A stretch of 64,000 nucleotides of DNA, from positions 736,001 through 800,000 of the forward strand of contig CAVYKI010000009.1 of NCBI GenBank assembly GCA_963769025.1, given 5' to 3'. Shown piece by piece: positions 19,329 through 30,269 of the stretch. Every line of letters begins with the position of its first letter. The stretch's first letter is position 1. The position numbers were made by a program, and so were the translations under genes. Origin of the DNA: an uncultured Verrucomicrobiae bacterium (GTDB lineage: Bacteria > Verrucomicrobiota > Verrucomicrobiia > Chthoniobacterales > Chthoniobacteraceae). Under the pieces are notes generated by a model. That model was not told the DNA's origin. It was given only the letters and a program-made list of their open reading frames with translations, and searched no databases.

Positions 19329-19934
19329 ATGAAAGCCACTGGATTTGCCATCGCACTTGCCGCCCTGCTTGCCGGGTGCGCTTCATCTGATCCCCGGTTG
19401 TCGTCGGAGACCGTGTACCTGGGCGGACGGCGCGTTGCCGCGGGCGGCGTCCCCGAGAAACGGATGAACTACGACAACGTCTCGTATTGGGACGGCGACC
19501 ATGCGAACGGCCCGGCGCGGATTCGCCTGAGCATCGGCGAACAGAAGGCCTATTTTTACAAGGGTGACCAGCTCGTCGGCGTATCGATCCTCTCCACCGG
19601 CCGCGAGGGCTTCGGGACGCCGTCTGGGAGCTTTAAGATTCTGCAGAAAAACCGGGACCACGTGTCGTCGGTTTACGGCGATTACGTGGATGCGGTCACC
19701 GGCGCGGTGGTGAAGAAGGACATCGACCGCCGGAAGGATCCGATGCCGAAAGGCGCGAAATATGACGGCGCGAGGATGCCGTTTTTCATGCGCATCCATG
19801 GCGGCGTGGGGATGCACGAGGGTTTCCTGCCCGGCTACCCCGCCTCGCACGGCTGCATCCGCATGCCCGGGTTCATGGCGGAGGCATTCTTTCGCAACGC
19901 GGATCTGGGCACACCCGTGACGGTCGGGCCATGA
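19329..19934 (+). CDS. L,D-transpeptidase family lipoprotein (YkuD)
   Basis: Lipobox LAGC, STGREG..TPSG and HEG...ASHGCIRM catalytic motif. Confidence 0.92.
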   Translation: MKATGFAIALAALLAGCASSDPRLSSETVYLGGRRVAAGGVPEKRMNYDNVSYWDGDHANGPARIRLSIGEQKAYFYKGDQLVGVSILSTGREGFGTPSGSFKILQKNRDHVSSVYGDYVDAVTGAVVKKDIDRRKDPMPKGAKYDGARMPFFMRIHGGVGMHEGFLPGYPASHGCIRMPGFMAEAFFRNADLGTPVTVGP

Positions 19935-20269
19935 GCGGTGCCGTCCCCGAAATTTCCGTCGCCGACGCCGCGCGGCTGCTCCAGTCCGCGACACCGCCGC
20001 GGCTCGTGGATGTCCGCGAGGAGGATGAATGGGCATTCGCACGCATCGCCGGGGCGGAACTGCTCCCGCTCAGCCAGTGGCCGGAGTTGGCGGTGGAAAA
20101 GCTGACGGACAAGTCGCAGCCGCTGCTCATCCAGTGCCATCACGGTGGACGTTCCGCACGCGCCGCGGCGTGGCTGATCGAGCAGGGCTTCACCGACGTG
20201 ACGAATCTCACGGGCGGCATCGATGCGTGGTCCGCCGTCGTGGATCCATCGGTCCCGCGCTACCAGTAG
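19931..20269 (+). CDS. Rhodanese-like domain protein
   Basis: VDVREEDE, CHHGGRS and GGIDAWS..VDPSVPRY motifs. Confidence 0.92.
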   Translation: MSGAVPEISVADAARLLQSATPPRLVDVREEDEWAFARIAGAELLPLSQWPELAVEKLTDKSQPLLIQCHHGGRSARAAAWLIEQGFTDVTNLTGGIDAWSAVVDPSVPRYQ

Positions 20270-20341
20270 GGGTGCCGCCCGGCGCGTCGAACCAGCGCCT
20301 TTCATTTCGCGTCTCATCGGATTCAATTGGGGAGCCGCCCG

Positions 20342-23300
20342 ATGTCGCCCTCACGCACCGCCTCCATTTTTCTCCTCGCCGCGAGCACCCCTCTCGCCGC
20401 TGCGGCGCTGACACCGGAGCAGGCGGAGTTTTTTGAAAAGCGGATCCGGCCCGTGCTCGCGAGCGAGTGCTACGAATGCCACGACGCGAAAAAGCAGAAG
20501 GGCGGATTGCGCCTCGACTACCGGGATGGCTGGAAAAAAGGTGGCGACTCCGGCGACGCCATCGTGCCCGGCCAGCCGGAGAAAAGCCTCCTGCTGAAAT
20601 CGATCCGCCATGAGGACCCGGACCTCCAGATGCCGCAGAAGCGTCCGAAGCTCAGCGACGCCGCGATCGCTGACATCGAAAAATGGATCGCCCTCGGCGC
20701 GCCCGACCCCCGCGACGAACCTCCCAAGCCCGGCACCGCGGTGCCGTGGGAAACCCTGCTCGCCGACCGGAAGACATGGTGGAGCCTCCAGCCGATCCGC
20801 AGAACGGAACCTCCCGCAGTGAAGGGCGCCGCGTGGTCTTCACATCCGATCGATCGCTTCCTGCACGCGAAAATGGAGGAGCGCGGCCTGAAGCCCGCAG
20901 CCGATGCCGACCCGCGCATCGTGATCCGGCGGCTCACATTCGCCCTCACCGGTCTCCCGCCCACGACGGATGAGGTGGCTGCTTTCGTCGAGGCTGCGGC
21001 GCGCAATCCTCAATCCGCCGTCGGTGAAGCCGCCGACCGCCTGCTCGCCAGCCCCCGCTTCGGCGAACGCTGGGCGCGGCACTGGATGGATCTCGTGCGC
21101 TACGCCGAAACGCACGGCAGCGAGGGCGATCCGGAGATCCCAGAGATTTGGCGCTACCGCGACTACCTCATTCGCGGGCTCAATGACGACGTGCCGGTGG
21201 ACCAACTCATCCGCGAGCACCTCGCCGGCGACCTGCTGCCGAATCCGCGCTGGAACCGCGATGGACAGTTCAACGAAAGCATCCTCGGCATCGCGCACCT
21301 GCGGCTCGTCGAGCACGGATTCCAGCCCGTGGACACGCGCGACGAACAGGTAAAGGTGACCGACAGCCAGATCGATGTGGCGATGAAGGCGTTCCAAGGC
21401 CTCACCGTCACGTGCGCGCGCTGCCACGACCACAAATTCGACGCCATCAGCCAGCGCGACTACTACGCGCTCGCCGGAATCTTCGAGAGCAGCCGCCCCG
21501 CGATGGTGACCATCGATCCGCCGGCACTGGTGGCGAAGAACAAGACCGAGCTGACCACGCTGAAAGAAGAGATCCGCACCGCACTTTTCGATGCTTGGAA
21601 AGATGAGCCGCGCCGCATCGCCGCGCGCCTTCTCGCCGAGAATGAACCGGACCCGCGCGCCGGCGCGGAGATGGAAAAAATCACATCATTGGAAAAGCAA
21701 CTCGTCGTCATCGAACAAACCGCCCGCCAACGGCTCGCGGAAAAAAACGACAACCAGAATGTCTCCACCGCGCCGCGTCCGTTTACACGATGGAGCTTCA
21801 CCGGCGACGCGCGCGATTCCGCCGGCACGCTGCATGGCGAGCTCCTCGATGGTGCGGCACTCCGCAATGGCCGTCTCGTGCTCGATGGCAAAAGCGCGGT
21901 CTTCCGTACCGCGCCGTTTCCGAGCGACCTCCGAGAGAAGACCATGGAGGCGTGGGTCAGCCTCACGACGCTCGAACAACGCGGCGGCGGCGTGATCACC
22001 GTCGAGGATGCGAAGGGCAGCGTCTTTGACTCCATCGTCTTCGCCGAAAGGCAGGCGCAGCGATGGGTCGCCGGCAGCAACAACTTCAAGCGCTCGCAAA
22101 ACGCGGGCGGCTCGGCGGAGACTGCGAAGCCAGGGGAGTTCGTCCATATCGCGGCAACGTACCGTGCCGATGGAACCATCGCCCTTTTCCGAAACGGCGA
22201 GCCCTACGGTCAGCCATGGAAATCGGCAACCGAGAGCCCCATCACGTTCGAGGCGGGCAACGCGCGCATCCTTCTCGGCAAAAGGCACACTGGCGGAGGC
22301 AATGCATTCCTCACCGGCGAAATCGATGAGGCGCGCATCTACGACCGTGCGCTTGATCCAGCCGACATCGCCGCATCCTTCCGCTCCGGGCCGGACGCGA
22401 ATGCGGTGAATGCCGCGGAACTCGCGAAGGCACTCACGCCGGAGGAGCGCAGGCGGCGCGATCTGCTCGTGCATGATCTCGCCGCCGCACGGGAGACACA
22501 CCGCGCGCTCTCGCTCGGTTCGCAGGAAAAGGAATGGCGCGCCTTGCAGGCGGACGCGGAGCGCAACCCGGCGAATCCATTCAGCATCTGGGCTTCCCTT
22601 CGCAAGCGCAGCGCCGACGACATGTCGAACGCGTGGCTGTCGCTCGCGAACGCCACGAACCAAGCGCGGGCGCTCGTGGACACGCTGCCGGCCAGCGAGC
22701 ACCCGCCGCTTCGCTGGAACTTCACACAAGAGTCGGCTGACTTTGACCACTGCTTCCACTACGGCACGGGCATCGCCGCAACGCCCGGTCCGTGCGGCGA
22801 CTTTTCGATCGCATCATCCGGCAACCTCGTGCTCACCGGACTCATGCCCGCGGGCGTCGCGACGAACCGACTTTCCGCGAAACACAACGGCGTGGTGACG
22901 ACGCGACAGTTCCGTGTGGAAACCGATTTCATCAGCGTGAAGGCGTGGGGCGGCGGCGGCGCGCAAGCCCGGCTCATCGTGGACGGATACCCGCTCGGCA
23001 CGAACCCCATCTTTCCCCGCGCACAACTCGCGAAGGACGAACCCGGCTGGCTGCGGCTCGACACGAAGTATCGCAAGGGCTCCTGGGCGTATCTCGAATT
23101 CGCAACCACCGGGGACCAGACGCGCCGCGAGAGGAATGCAAAGGACCGTTCGTGGTTCGGCGTGAGCGAAATCGTCTGCCACGACGGAGAGGCGCCGCGC
23201 GATCGCGATTCGGCGACTGCCCCTTTGCTCAAAGGCGACGCACCGCGCTCGGCAAAGGAACTCGCGCTGCGCTACGAGGAAGCCATCGCCGTCGCACTGG

Positions 23301-24424
23301 CCGCGTGGCGCTCGGGCAAACTCGATGAATCGCAACGCCTGTTGCTCGACTTCCTCATCCGCCGCGAACTGCTTCCCGTTTCCCTCTCGCGCCTCGGCGT
23401 GGTGAAGCCACTCGTCGAAGAATACCGCCGCCTCGAAGCCGAAATCCCCGCCGCACGCCACGCACCGGGCGTTCTCGAATCCACGGCAATCAACGCCGCA
23501 TTCCTGCCGCGGGGCGACCATCTGAAACCCGGCGAGCCAGTGCCGCGCGGATTCCTCGGCGTGTTCGGCGCGCCAGCGTTCCAGACGAAACAAAGCGGAC
23601 GCCTCGAACTCGCGCTCGCGATGACCGCGCCGCAAAACCCGCTCACCGCACGCGTCATGGCGAATCGCATCTGGCTGCGCCTCTTCGGCCGCGGGATCGT
23701 GGCGACGCCGGACAACTTCGGCCGCATGGGCGAAAAGCCGACGCATCCCGAATTGCTCGACTACCTCGCCACCTGCTTCGCAGGGGAGAATTGGTCGCTG
23801 AAACGCATGGTCCGGTTCCTCGTCACGTCCCGCGCATTTTCCCTCAGCGCCGCCGCCTCGCCCGAGGCGGGCGAACGTGACGCGGCAAATGATCTGCTAT
23901 CACACGCCCGCATCCAGCGGCTCGAGGCGGAGGAGATCCGCGACTCGCTGCTCGCGGTGTCGGGACGGCTGGATTTGCAGATGTCCGGCCCCGGCCTGCC
24001 GAATAACGGCGGCGGCGAGAAGCTGCGGCGCAGCGTCTATCTCACCATCCGCCGCACGGCGTTGAATCCGTTCCTCGAAATCTTCGACGCACCGAAGCCT
24101 TTCACGACGACAGGCCGGCGCGACGCGACGAACGTCCCCGCTCAGTCGCTCACGCTGCTGAATGATCGCTTCGTGATTGATTGCGCGCGCAACTGGGCGG
24201 AGCGGCTCGTCGCCGAAAAGGCGGACGCCACGCCCGATGAGCGCATCCGCCGCATGTTCGCGACGGCATTCGCACGCGAGCCTTCGACACACGAAATTGC
24301 GGCCAGCAGGAAGTACCTCGAAGCCGCGGGCGTCTCCGGAATCGCGCTGCTGCCGGAGGCAGCCGCATGGCGTGACTTCGCGCAGTCCCTTTTTAATGCG
24401 AAGGAGTTCATCTTCCTCCGCTGA
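20342..24424 (+). CDS. Planctomycete cytochrome c + DUF1549 + LamG + DUF1553 protein
   Basis: CYECH, GERWARHWMDLVRYAE and CARCHDHKFD motifs, internal LamG (WSFTG...IDEARIYDRAL), then PTHPELLD and NVPAQSL. Confidence 0.92.
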   Translation: MSPSRTASIFLLAASTPLAAAALTPEQAEFFEKRIRPVLASECYECHDAKKQKGGLRLDYRDGWKKGGDSGDAIVPGQPEKSLLLKSIRHEDPDLQMPQKRPKLSDAAIADIEKWIALGAPDPRDEPPKPGTAVPWETLLADRKTWWSLQPIRRTEPPAVKGAAWSSHPIDRFLHAKMEERGLKPAADADPRIVIRRLTFALTGLPPTTDEVAAFVEAAARNPQSAVGEAADRLLASPRFGERWARHWMDLVRYAETHGSEGDPEIPEIWRYRDYLIRGLNDDVPVDQLIREHLAGDLLPNPRWNRDGQFNESILGIAHLRLVEHGFQPVDTRDEQVKVTDSQIDVAMKAFQGLTVTCARCHDHKFDAISQRDYYALAGIFESSRPAMVTIDPPALVAKNKTELTTLKEEIRTALFDAWKDEPRRIAARLLAENEPDPRAGAEMEKITSLEKQLVVIEQTARQRLAEKNDNQNVSTAPRPFTRWSFTGDARDSAGTLHGELLDGAALRNGRLVLDGKSAVFRTAPFPSDLREKTMEAWVSLTTLEQRGGGVITVEDAKGSVFDSIVFAERQAQRWVAGSNNFKRSQNAGGSAETAKPGEFVHIAATYRADGTIALFRNGEPYGQPWKSATESPITFEAGNARILLGKRHTGGGNAFLTGEIDEARIYDRALDPADIAASFRSGPDANAVNAAELAKALTPEERRRRDLLVHDLAAARETHRALSLGSQEKEWRALQADAERNPANPFSIWASLRKRSADDMSNAWLSLANATNQARALVDTLPASEHPPLRWNFTQESADFDHCFHYGTGIAATPGPCGDFSIASSGNLVLTGLMPAGVATNRLSAKHNGVVTTRQFRVETDFISVKAWGGGGAQARLIVDGYPLGTNPIFPRAQLAKDEPGWLRLDTKYRKGSWAYLEFATTGDQTRRERNAKDRSWFGVSEIVCHDGEAPRDRDSATAPLLKGDAPRSAKELALRYEEAIAVALAAWRSGKLDESQRLLLDFLIRRELLPVSLSRLGVVKPLVEEYRRLEAEIPAARHAPGVLESTAINAAFLPRGDHLKPGEPVPRGFLGVFGAPAFQTKQSGRLELALAMTAPQNPLTARVMANRIWLRLFGRGIVATPDNFGRMGEKPTHPELLDYLATCFAGENWSLKRMVRFLVTSRAFSLSAAASPEAGERDAANDLLSHARIQRLEAEEIRDSLLAVSGRLDLQMSGPGLPNNGGGEKLRRSVYLTIRRTALNPFLEIFDAPKPFTTTGRRDATNVPAQSLTLLNDRFVIDCARNWAERLVAEKADATPDERIRRMFATAFAREPSTHEIAASRKYLEAAGVSGIALLPEAAAWRDFAQSLFNAKEFIFLR

Positions 24425-24439
24425 TTCAGACCCACCGCC

Positions 24440-25887
24440 ATGCACACGAATCTGCACTCCCCATTTCGCCGTCCGCTGTCCCGCCGCGAGATGTTGCGCA
24501 AATGCTCGCTCGGTTTCGGATCGCTCGCGATGGCCGGGCTTTTCTCCGAGCAGGCGCACGGCGCAGCGCTCCCCTCCCCGCCTCTCCCGCGGCCGCACTT
24601 TCCGCCGCGCGTGAAGCACGTCATTTTCGCCTACATGAGCGGCGGCGTGTCGCATGTGGACTCGTGGGACCCAAAGCCCGAGCTCGCGAAGCGCCACGGC
24701 CAGCCGATGCCGGTGCCGGTGCGACCGACGATGTTCAACAACAACGGCAACATCATGGCGTCCCCGTGGGAGGCAAAACCACGCGGGCAGAGCGGCGTGA
24801 TGATGACCGATCTCTTTCCGCGACTCGCGGAGATGGCGGACGACCTCGCCGTCATCCGCTCGATGACCTCGACGGTGAATGAGCACGCGCAGGGGAATTA
24901 CTATTTTCACACCGGCTTCCCATTCATGGGCCACCCGAGCGCGGGCGCGTGGGTGAATTACGGGCTCGGCATCGATGAACAGCAACCTGCCCGGCTTCGT
25001 CGTGCTGCAGAGCGGCGGCGCGACTCCTCCGCACGGCGGCGTCGGCCTCTTCAGCAGCGGCTACCTGCCCGCGCAGAACCAGGCGAGCATCCTGCGCGTG
25101 GACGGCGAGGAGGCGATGGCCAACATCAAGCCGCGCGAAGCCGACGCCTCACAGCGCCAGCGCCTCGCGTTCATCGGGGAACTCGACTCCGCATTTTCAA
25201 GGGACACCGGCGACGCGCAGGTCGAGGCGGCGATCCGCAATTACGAAACCGCCTACCGCATGCAGTCCGCCGTGCCGGAACTCCTCGACCTCCGCGGCGA
25301 AAGTGAAGCGACGCGCAAACTTTACGGCCTGGACTCGAAGCACGCGCAGACCGCGAGCTACGGCACGCAATGCCTCGTCGCGCGGCGGCTCATCGAACGG
25401 GGCGTGCGTTTCGTCGAACTGAGCTGCCTGACACAAAAGCATCGGCGCCGGCAACGCACCGAACCCGTGGGACCAGCACGGGAAGCTCAAGGAAGGTCAC
25501 GGCGCGATGGCGAACCAGGTGGACCAGCCGCTCGCCGGGCTCATCACCGACCTGAAGGCGCGCGGCCTGTGGGACAGCACGCTGATCATTTTCTCCGGCG
25601 AATTCGGACGCACGCCATTCTCGCAGGGCAGCGACGGGCGCGATCACAACCCGAGCGGCTTCAGCACGTGGCTCGCGGGTGGCGGGATCCGGGGCGGCAC
25701 GACTTACGGCGCGACGGACGAACTCGGCTACTACGCCGTGGAGGATGTCGCGAGCATCTACGATTTCTACGCGACCGTGCTGCACCTGCTCGGCATCGAC
25801 CACGAGCGGCTCACTTATCGTTTTGGCGGCCGCGACTTCCGGCTCACGGATGTCTCCGGACACGTGATCAAGAGCATCCTGACGTAG
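24440..25887 (+). CDS. DUF1501 domain protein (two apparent +1 frameshifts, ~24971 and ~25437)
   Basis: [36 protein letters not shown] and GRDFRLTDV across three frames. Confidence 0.88.
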
Positions 25888-25909
25888 CTATCTGCTTACG
25901 CCGTGCGCT

Positions 25910-26404
25910 TCAGCGGACGCGTTGCGGGCTGGCTTTGGATCTGGTGTTCGTCGCGGCGGCCCGCATGAGGAGGAATGTTGCGGCTCCCGCCAGCGCCGTA
26001 GCGCGGAAAAAGGCGAACGCGACCGACTCGACGATCCGTCCGACGCCGCTTCCGGGAAGGATGCCGAGGAGCCGGAGGTCGAGGCAACCGCACGCGATTT
26101 TCAGCCCGCGCATCCACGCCTGACCGGTGGCGGCGGTGAAGACCACGAAGAGGATCAGCGCCCATGCGAGCGCGCCGGACGTCCGATGGTTTGCGAGGAG
26201 CAGGAGGCCGCAGAGGAGTTCCAGCCACGGGAGCACGATGGCTGCGATTTTAACGCAGACAACGGGAAGCGGGAGCCGGTAGGCGAGGAGCGAGGTGAAG
26301 AATTCGTGCGGGTTTGCGAGCTTCCCCAACGCGGCCCAGATGAGCACCACGCCGATGAGCCATCGCAGCGCAACGGTCCAGTTCGAGCGGGAGGTTTCAC
26401 TCAT
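25910..26404 (-). CDS. MauE/DoxX family membrane protein
   Basis: [18 protein letters not shown] and GLKIACGC motifs; about four TM helices; ATG overlaps the rhodanese stop. Confidence 0.85.
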   Translation of the reverse strand: MSETSRSNWTVALRWLIGVVLIWAALGKLANPHEFFTSLLAYRLPLPVVCVKIAAIVLPWLELLCGLLLLANHRTSGALAWALILFVVFTAATGQAWMRGLKIACGCLDLRLLGILPGSGVGRIVESVAFAFFRATALAGAATFLLMRAAATNTRSKASPQRVR

Positions 26405-27006
26405 GGCGCAGCTCCCGTTGCCGGCGTTGCATCGGGCTCCATGACCATCCATTCCGCGTAGCCGGACGGCATCTCGCGGACATCGGTGTACCCGAACTGC
26501 CCGCCGAGCAGCACAGCCGCCTCGTGTGCGAGCCTGCAGCGGATGCTGGCGCAGTAAAATACGAGCGGCTTGCCCTTCGGGATGCTGGCGGTGAATCCCG
26601 CGATCCTTTCGTTGAAGGCATCCACCGGCAGCGAGATCGCGCCGGGAATGTGACCCGCTTCGTACGCGAACGTGTCGCGTACATCCACGAGGACGATTTC
26701 GCCTTTCGCGAGCAGCGGCTTCACTTCCGCCCATGCCATCGTCGCGGGAAGTTTCTGGCCCATCGCAGGGCGGACGGCAGCGGGATCATCCGGCAGGATG
26801 AGCGCGGCGAGCGTTTCGTTGTGCAGCGCCGGTTCGGGAGCGCCGGAGGGCATCGCTGCGTCCGCTGCGGGCAGCGGAACGGAGGCGCGCTCTGCCCATC
26901 GCACACCGAGCGGGCTGGCGGCGTTATAGGCGGAGCCGAGGCACACGGCGGCCATGAAAATGAACGCACCATCGCGGAGGAACTGGAAGACGGAGATGCG
27001 TGTCAT
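26401..27006 (-). CDS. Membrane-anchored rhodanese-like domain protein
   Basis: N-terminal hydrophobic helix, VDVR, YEAGHIPGAISLP, YCASIRC and GYAEW motifs. Confidence 0.85.
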   Translation of the reverse strand: MTRISVFQFLRDGAFIFMAAVCLGSAYNAASPLGVRWAERASVPLPAADAAMPSGAPEPALHNETLAALILPDDPAAVRPAMGQKLPATMAWAEVKPLLAKGEIVLVDVRDTFAYEAGHIPGAISLPVDAFNERIAGFTASIPKGKPLVFYCASIRCRLAHEAAVLLGGQFGYTDVREMPSGYAEWMVMEPDATPATGAAP

Positions 27007-27383
27007 TGCGGCTTTGCAGAATTTGCCGGCTTGATGCTCAGCGATACATTTTCACCCGCAACGGCCCACCCCTTCCCTTCCCGATGAAACCAGATGCGCA
27101 GCTTCGGCGGCGGTGTTCCGTGGAGAACGGCGGAACTGATCGGCGGAGCCTGCACGGTTTCGCCGAGCCGGACCGCATACACGCCGTCGCTCACCGTCAG
27201 GCTGATGTCGCCAGACGACCAAAGCGTGGCTCCGTGCTCGCCGATGAGGGCGAATTTGAAACGGCCGGTTCCCGCAAATGGAATACCGTCCACACGGAGC
27301 CTGCCTTCGTAGTACACCACGTCGGCCAATGCCGGGGTGGCCACGAGCAAAGCCATCGCGAAATATTTCAGAAGCGGATTCAC
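27003..27383 (-). CDS. Small secreted hypothetical protein
   Basis: Signal peptide (ALA-D), then YEGRLRVDG..FAGTGRFKFAL...GVYAVRLGE...LRIWF; stop overlaps the rhodanese start. Confidence 0.75.
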   Translation of the reverse strand: MNPLLKYFAMALLVATPALADVVYYEGRLRVDGIPFAGTGRFKFALIGEHGATLWSSGDISLTVSDGVYAVRLGETVQAPPISSAVLHGTPPPKLRIWFHREGKGWAVAGENVSLSIKPANSAKPQ

Positions 27384-27540
27384 GAGAGGTTGGCGACGGA
27401 AGCCTTCATGGACTCAGTGCCGCCGAGCGTGCCGTCCACCGGGAACGTCCGCAAGCCGGATGCGAGACCGGGCCGTGGCTTCTCGACATTCAGCGTGCAT
27501 CGCAGGGGACTAACCGTTCACTGTTGCCGCACTCGCCCGC

Positions 27541-30240
27541 ATGAAAATCCTCGTCCCTGTACTAGCACTCGCCATGGCTGTCCCCGCACGTTCCGCAGAA
27601 GAGAAGCCCGCGCAGATTCCCGGCGTCGCGTTCGTGCGCAAGGTCGGACCCATTTCAGAATACCGGCTTGAAGCGAACGGGCTGCAAATCCTGCTGCTGC
27701 CGGAGAAATCCGCGCCGGTGGTGACTTTCATGGTGACGTACCGTGTCGGCTCGCGAAACGAGGTGACCGGCACGACAGGCGCGACGCATCTGCTCGAACA
27801 TCTCATGTTCAAGGGCACGGAAAAATATGACCGGAGCAAGGGCACCGGCTTTGACCAGGTGCTCGAACGCGTGGGCGCGGAGACGAATGCGACGACGTGG
27901 CTGGACCGCACCAACTACTTTGCAACAGTGCCCGCTAATGCGCTGCCGCTGCTTGTCGAGTTGGAAGCCGACCGGATGCGCAATCTCGCGCTGCGCGAGG
28001 AAGACCGCCGGCCGGAGATGGTCGTGGTGCGGAATGAATTCGAGCGCGGTGAGAACGACCCGCGCAACGCGCTCGACAAGGAACTGTGGAGCGCGGCGTT
28101 TCAGGCTCATCCGTACCACCACGACACCATCGGCTGGCGCAGCGACATCGAGAAAGTGCCGATCGCGAAACTGCGCGAATTTTACGACACCTTCTACTGG
28201 CCGGACAACGCGACGGCGACCGTCATCGGAGAGTTCGCGCCGGAGGCGGCGCTCGCGGAAATCCAAAAGCACTACGGAGCGATCCCAAAGGCGCCGCATC
28301 CGATTCCGCAGATTTATACCGAGGAACCGGAGCAGACCGGGCCGCGCCGCGTCATGGTGAAACGCGGCGGCGAACTCGGCGTCGTGGCCATCGCTCACAA
28401 GACACCGGCGGCGACGCATCCCGACTGGCCCGCGGTGGAAATCCTGCGCACGATTTTGACGACGGGAAAAACGAGCCGGTGCTACCGCGGGCTCACGGAC
28501 AAAAACCTCACGACGGACGTGGGTGCCCATCTCGGATTCACGCATGATCCCTCGCTGCACATCACGATCGCCGAACTCACGCCCGGAACCAAGCACGAGG
28601 ACGTGGAGAAGCGGCTCATTGGTGAAATCGAGCGCCTCAAGAAGAACGGTCCCACTGAAGCGGAAGTCGCAACTGCCGTCGCGAAAATGCTCGCCGAACG
28701 CGCCTATGGCAGCGACGGCTCCTATGCGCAGGCGGAGCAAATCAACGAGTGCATCGCCGTCGGCGACTGGACGCTCTACGTGACGATGGCGGAAAAATTC
28801 AAGGCGGTCACGGCGGCGGACATCGTGCGTGTCGCCAACGCCTACTTTGTCGAAAAGCGGAGCGTGACCGGGTGGTTCGTGCCGTCGAAAGAGGACGAAG
28901 CCACCGCAGCCAAGAACGACGCGGACGAAAAGCCTCCACTGAAGGCTGTAGTTGCAGCAAAGGCCCCCGAGCAGATGCTCGCACCGCCGGCCGCCACGAA
29001 TTACGCGGGCACGGTGATCCGGGAGAAAGTCGCTGGCATCGACCTGCTCATCTGCCGCACCGGCGTAAAGGACGTGGTGACGCTGAGAGGCAGCATCGCC
29101 GCAGGCGAAAACGCCGCTGCGAATCCCGCGCTCCCGCACCTGACTGCTTCGATGCTCCAGCGGGGCACGAAGCAGCGGGATCAGTTCGCCATCGCGGAGT
29201 TGCTGGAAAAGGCAGGCGTGACTTTTGATCTGAGGGTGAACCCCGACACCGTGGAGTTTGAAGCGAAGCTTCTCCGCAAGGACGTGCCCCTGGTGGTGTC
29301 ACTGCTCGCCGAGCAGATGCGGACACCGGCATTCGCAGCGACGGAGCTGGCAAAGGCGAAGAAGCTGCTCACCGCCCAGGCGCGTCAGGTGCTCGACGAT
29401 ACGGACGAGCAGGCAGCCATCGCGTTTTCGCAGGCGGTGTTCCCCGCCGGGCATCCTTTGCGGCGCGCGGGCATGGCGGAACTGATCGCGGCCATTGAAA
29501 AGACGAAGCTGACGGAAGTACGGGCGTTTCACGGAGCCTCCTATGGATCCGACGCGATGCGACTCGTGGCGGTCGGCGACATCGATCCCGCGGCGTTCAA
29601 GGCGGAAGTGGCCAGGCATTTCGCGGGTTGGAAAGGCGGTCGCATCCCGAAGGCCGCGGAGGCACCGCCCGCGACGGGAGGCGAAAAGACCGTGCAGCTT
29701 GCCGACAAGTCCAGCGTGAGCGTGATCATCGGCCAGACGAGCGGGCTGCGCGCGGGCGATCCGGACTGGATCCCGCTGAACATCGCCAGCGGAATCCTCG
29801 GCCGCGGATTTACGAGCCGGCTCGTCGGCAATGTGCGCGATCGTGAAGGCCTGACGTACGGCATCGGCACGGCCCTCACGGACGATTCGTTCCACGCAGG
29901 CTCCTGGGTCACGAAGGCGACCTTTGCGCCCGTGCTGCTGGAACGCGGACTGGCGAGCACGCGCCGGGAAATCGCCGGATGGTGGAGCGAGGGAATCACC
30001 GCGGATGAGTTGGATTACCGCAAGAGCGTGGCGGCGGGACGTTTTGCCGTGCTCCTCGAGACGACACACGGTCTCGCCGAGCAGCTCCTCCGCTGCGCTG
30101 AACGTGGCCTCGATGTTTCGTGGTTGGACGAATTTCCCGCGAAGGTGCGGGCACTCGAACTGCAGGCGGTCAACGCCGCGGTGAAAAAGCACCTCGAGCC
30201 TGCAAAGATGGTGACGGTGAAGGCGGGCACGCTTCGCTGA
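27541..30240 (+). CDS. M16 (pitrilysin/insulinase) family zinc protease
   Basis: Signal peptide, HLLEH inverted zinc motif, NATTWLDRTNY and SRL..NVRDREGLTYG motifs. Confidence 0.95.
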   Translation: MKILVPVLALAMAVPARSAEEKPAQIPGVAFVRKVGPISEYRLEANGLQILLLPEKSAPVVTFMVTYRVGSRNEVTGTTGATHLLEHLMFKGTEKYDRSKGTGFDQVLERVGAETNATTWLDRTNYFATVPANALPLLVELEADRMRNLALREEDRRPEMVVVRNEFERGENDPRNALDKELWSAAFQAHPYHHDTIGWRSDIEKVPIAKLREFYDTFYWPDNATATVIGEFAPEAALAEIQKHYGAIPKAPHPIPQIYTEEPEQTGPRRVMVKRGGELGVVAIAHKTPAATHPDWPAVEILRTILTTGKTSRCYRGLTDKNLTTDVGAHLGFTHDPSLHITIAELTPGTKHEDVEKRLIGEIERLKKNGPTEAEVATAVAKMLAERAYGSDGSYAQAEQINECIAVGDWTLYVTMAEKFKAVTAADIVRVANAYFVEKRSVTGWFVPSKEDEATAAKNDADEKPPLKAVVAAKAPEQMLAPPAATNYAGTVIREKVAGIDLLICRTGVKDVVTLRGSIAAGENAAANPALPHLTASMLQRGTKQRDQFAIAELLEKAGVTFDLRVNPDTVEFEAKLLRKDVPLVVSLLAEQMRTPAFAATELAKAKKLLTAQARQVLDDTDEQAAIAFSQAVFPAGHPLRRAGMAELIAAIEKTKLTEVRAFHGASYGSDAMRLVAVGDIDPAAFKAEVARHFAGWKGGRIPKAAEAPPATGGEKTVQLADKSSVSVIIGQTSGLRAGDPDWIPLNIASGILGRGFTSRLVGNVRDREGLTYGIGTALTDDSFHAGSWVTKATFAPVLLERGLASTRREIAGWWSEGITADELDYRKSVAAGRFAVLLETTHGLAEQLLRCAERGLDVSWLDEFPAKVRALELQAVNAAVKKHLEPAKMVTVKAGTLR

Positions 30241-30269
30241 GCGCGTGGCGCGCATCCGGGTGGCACGCT

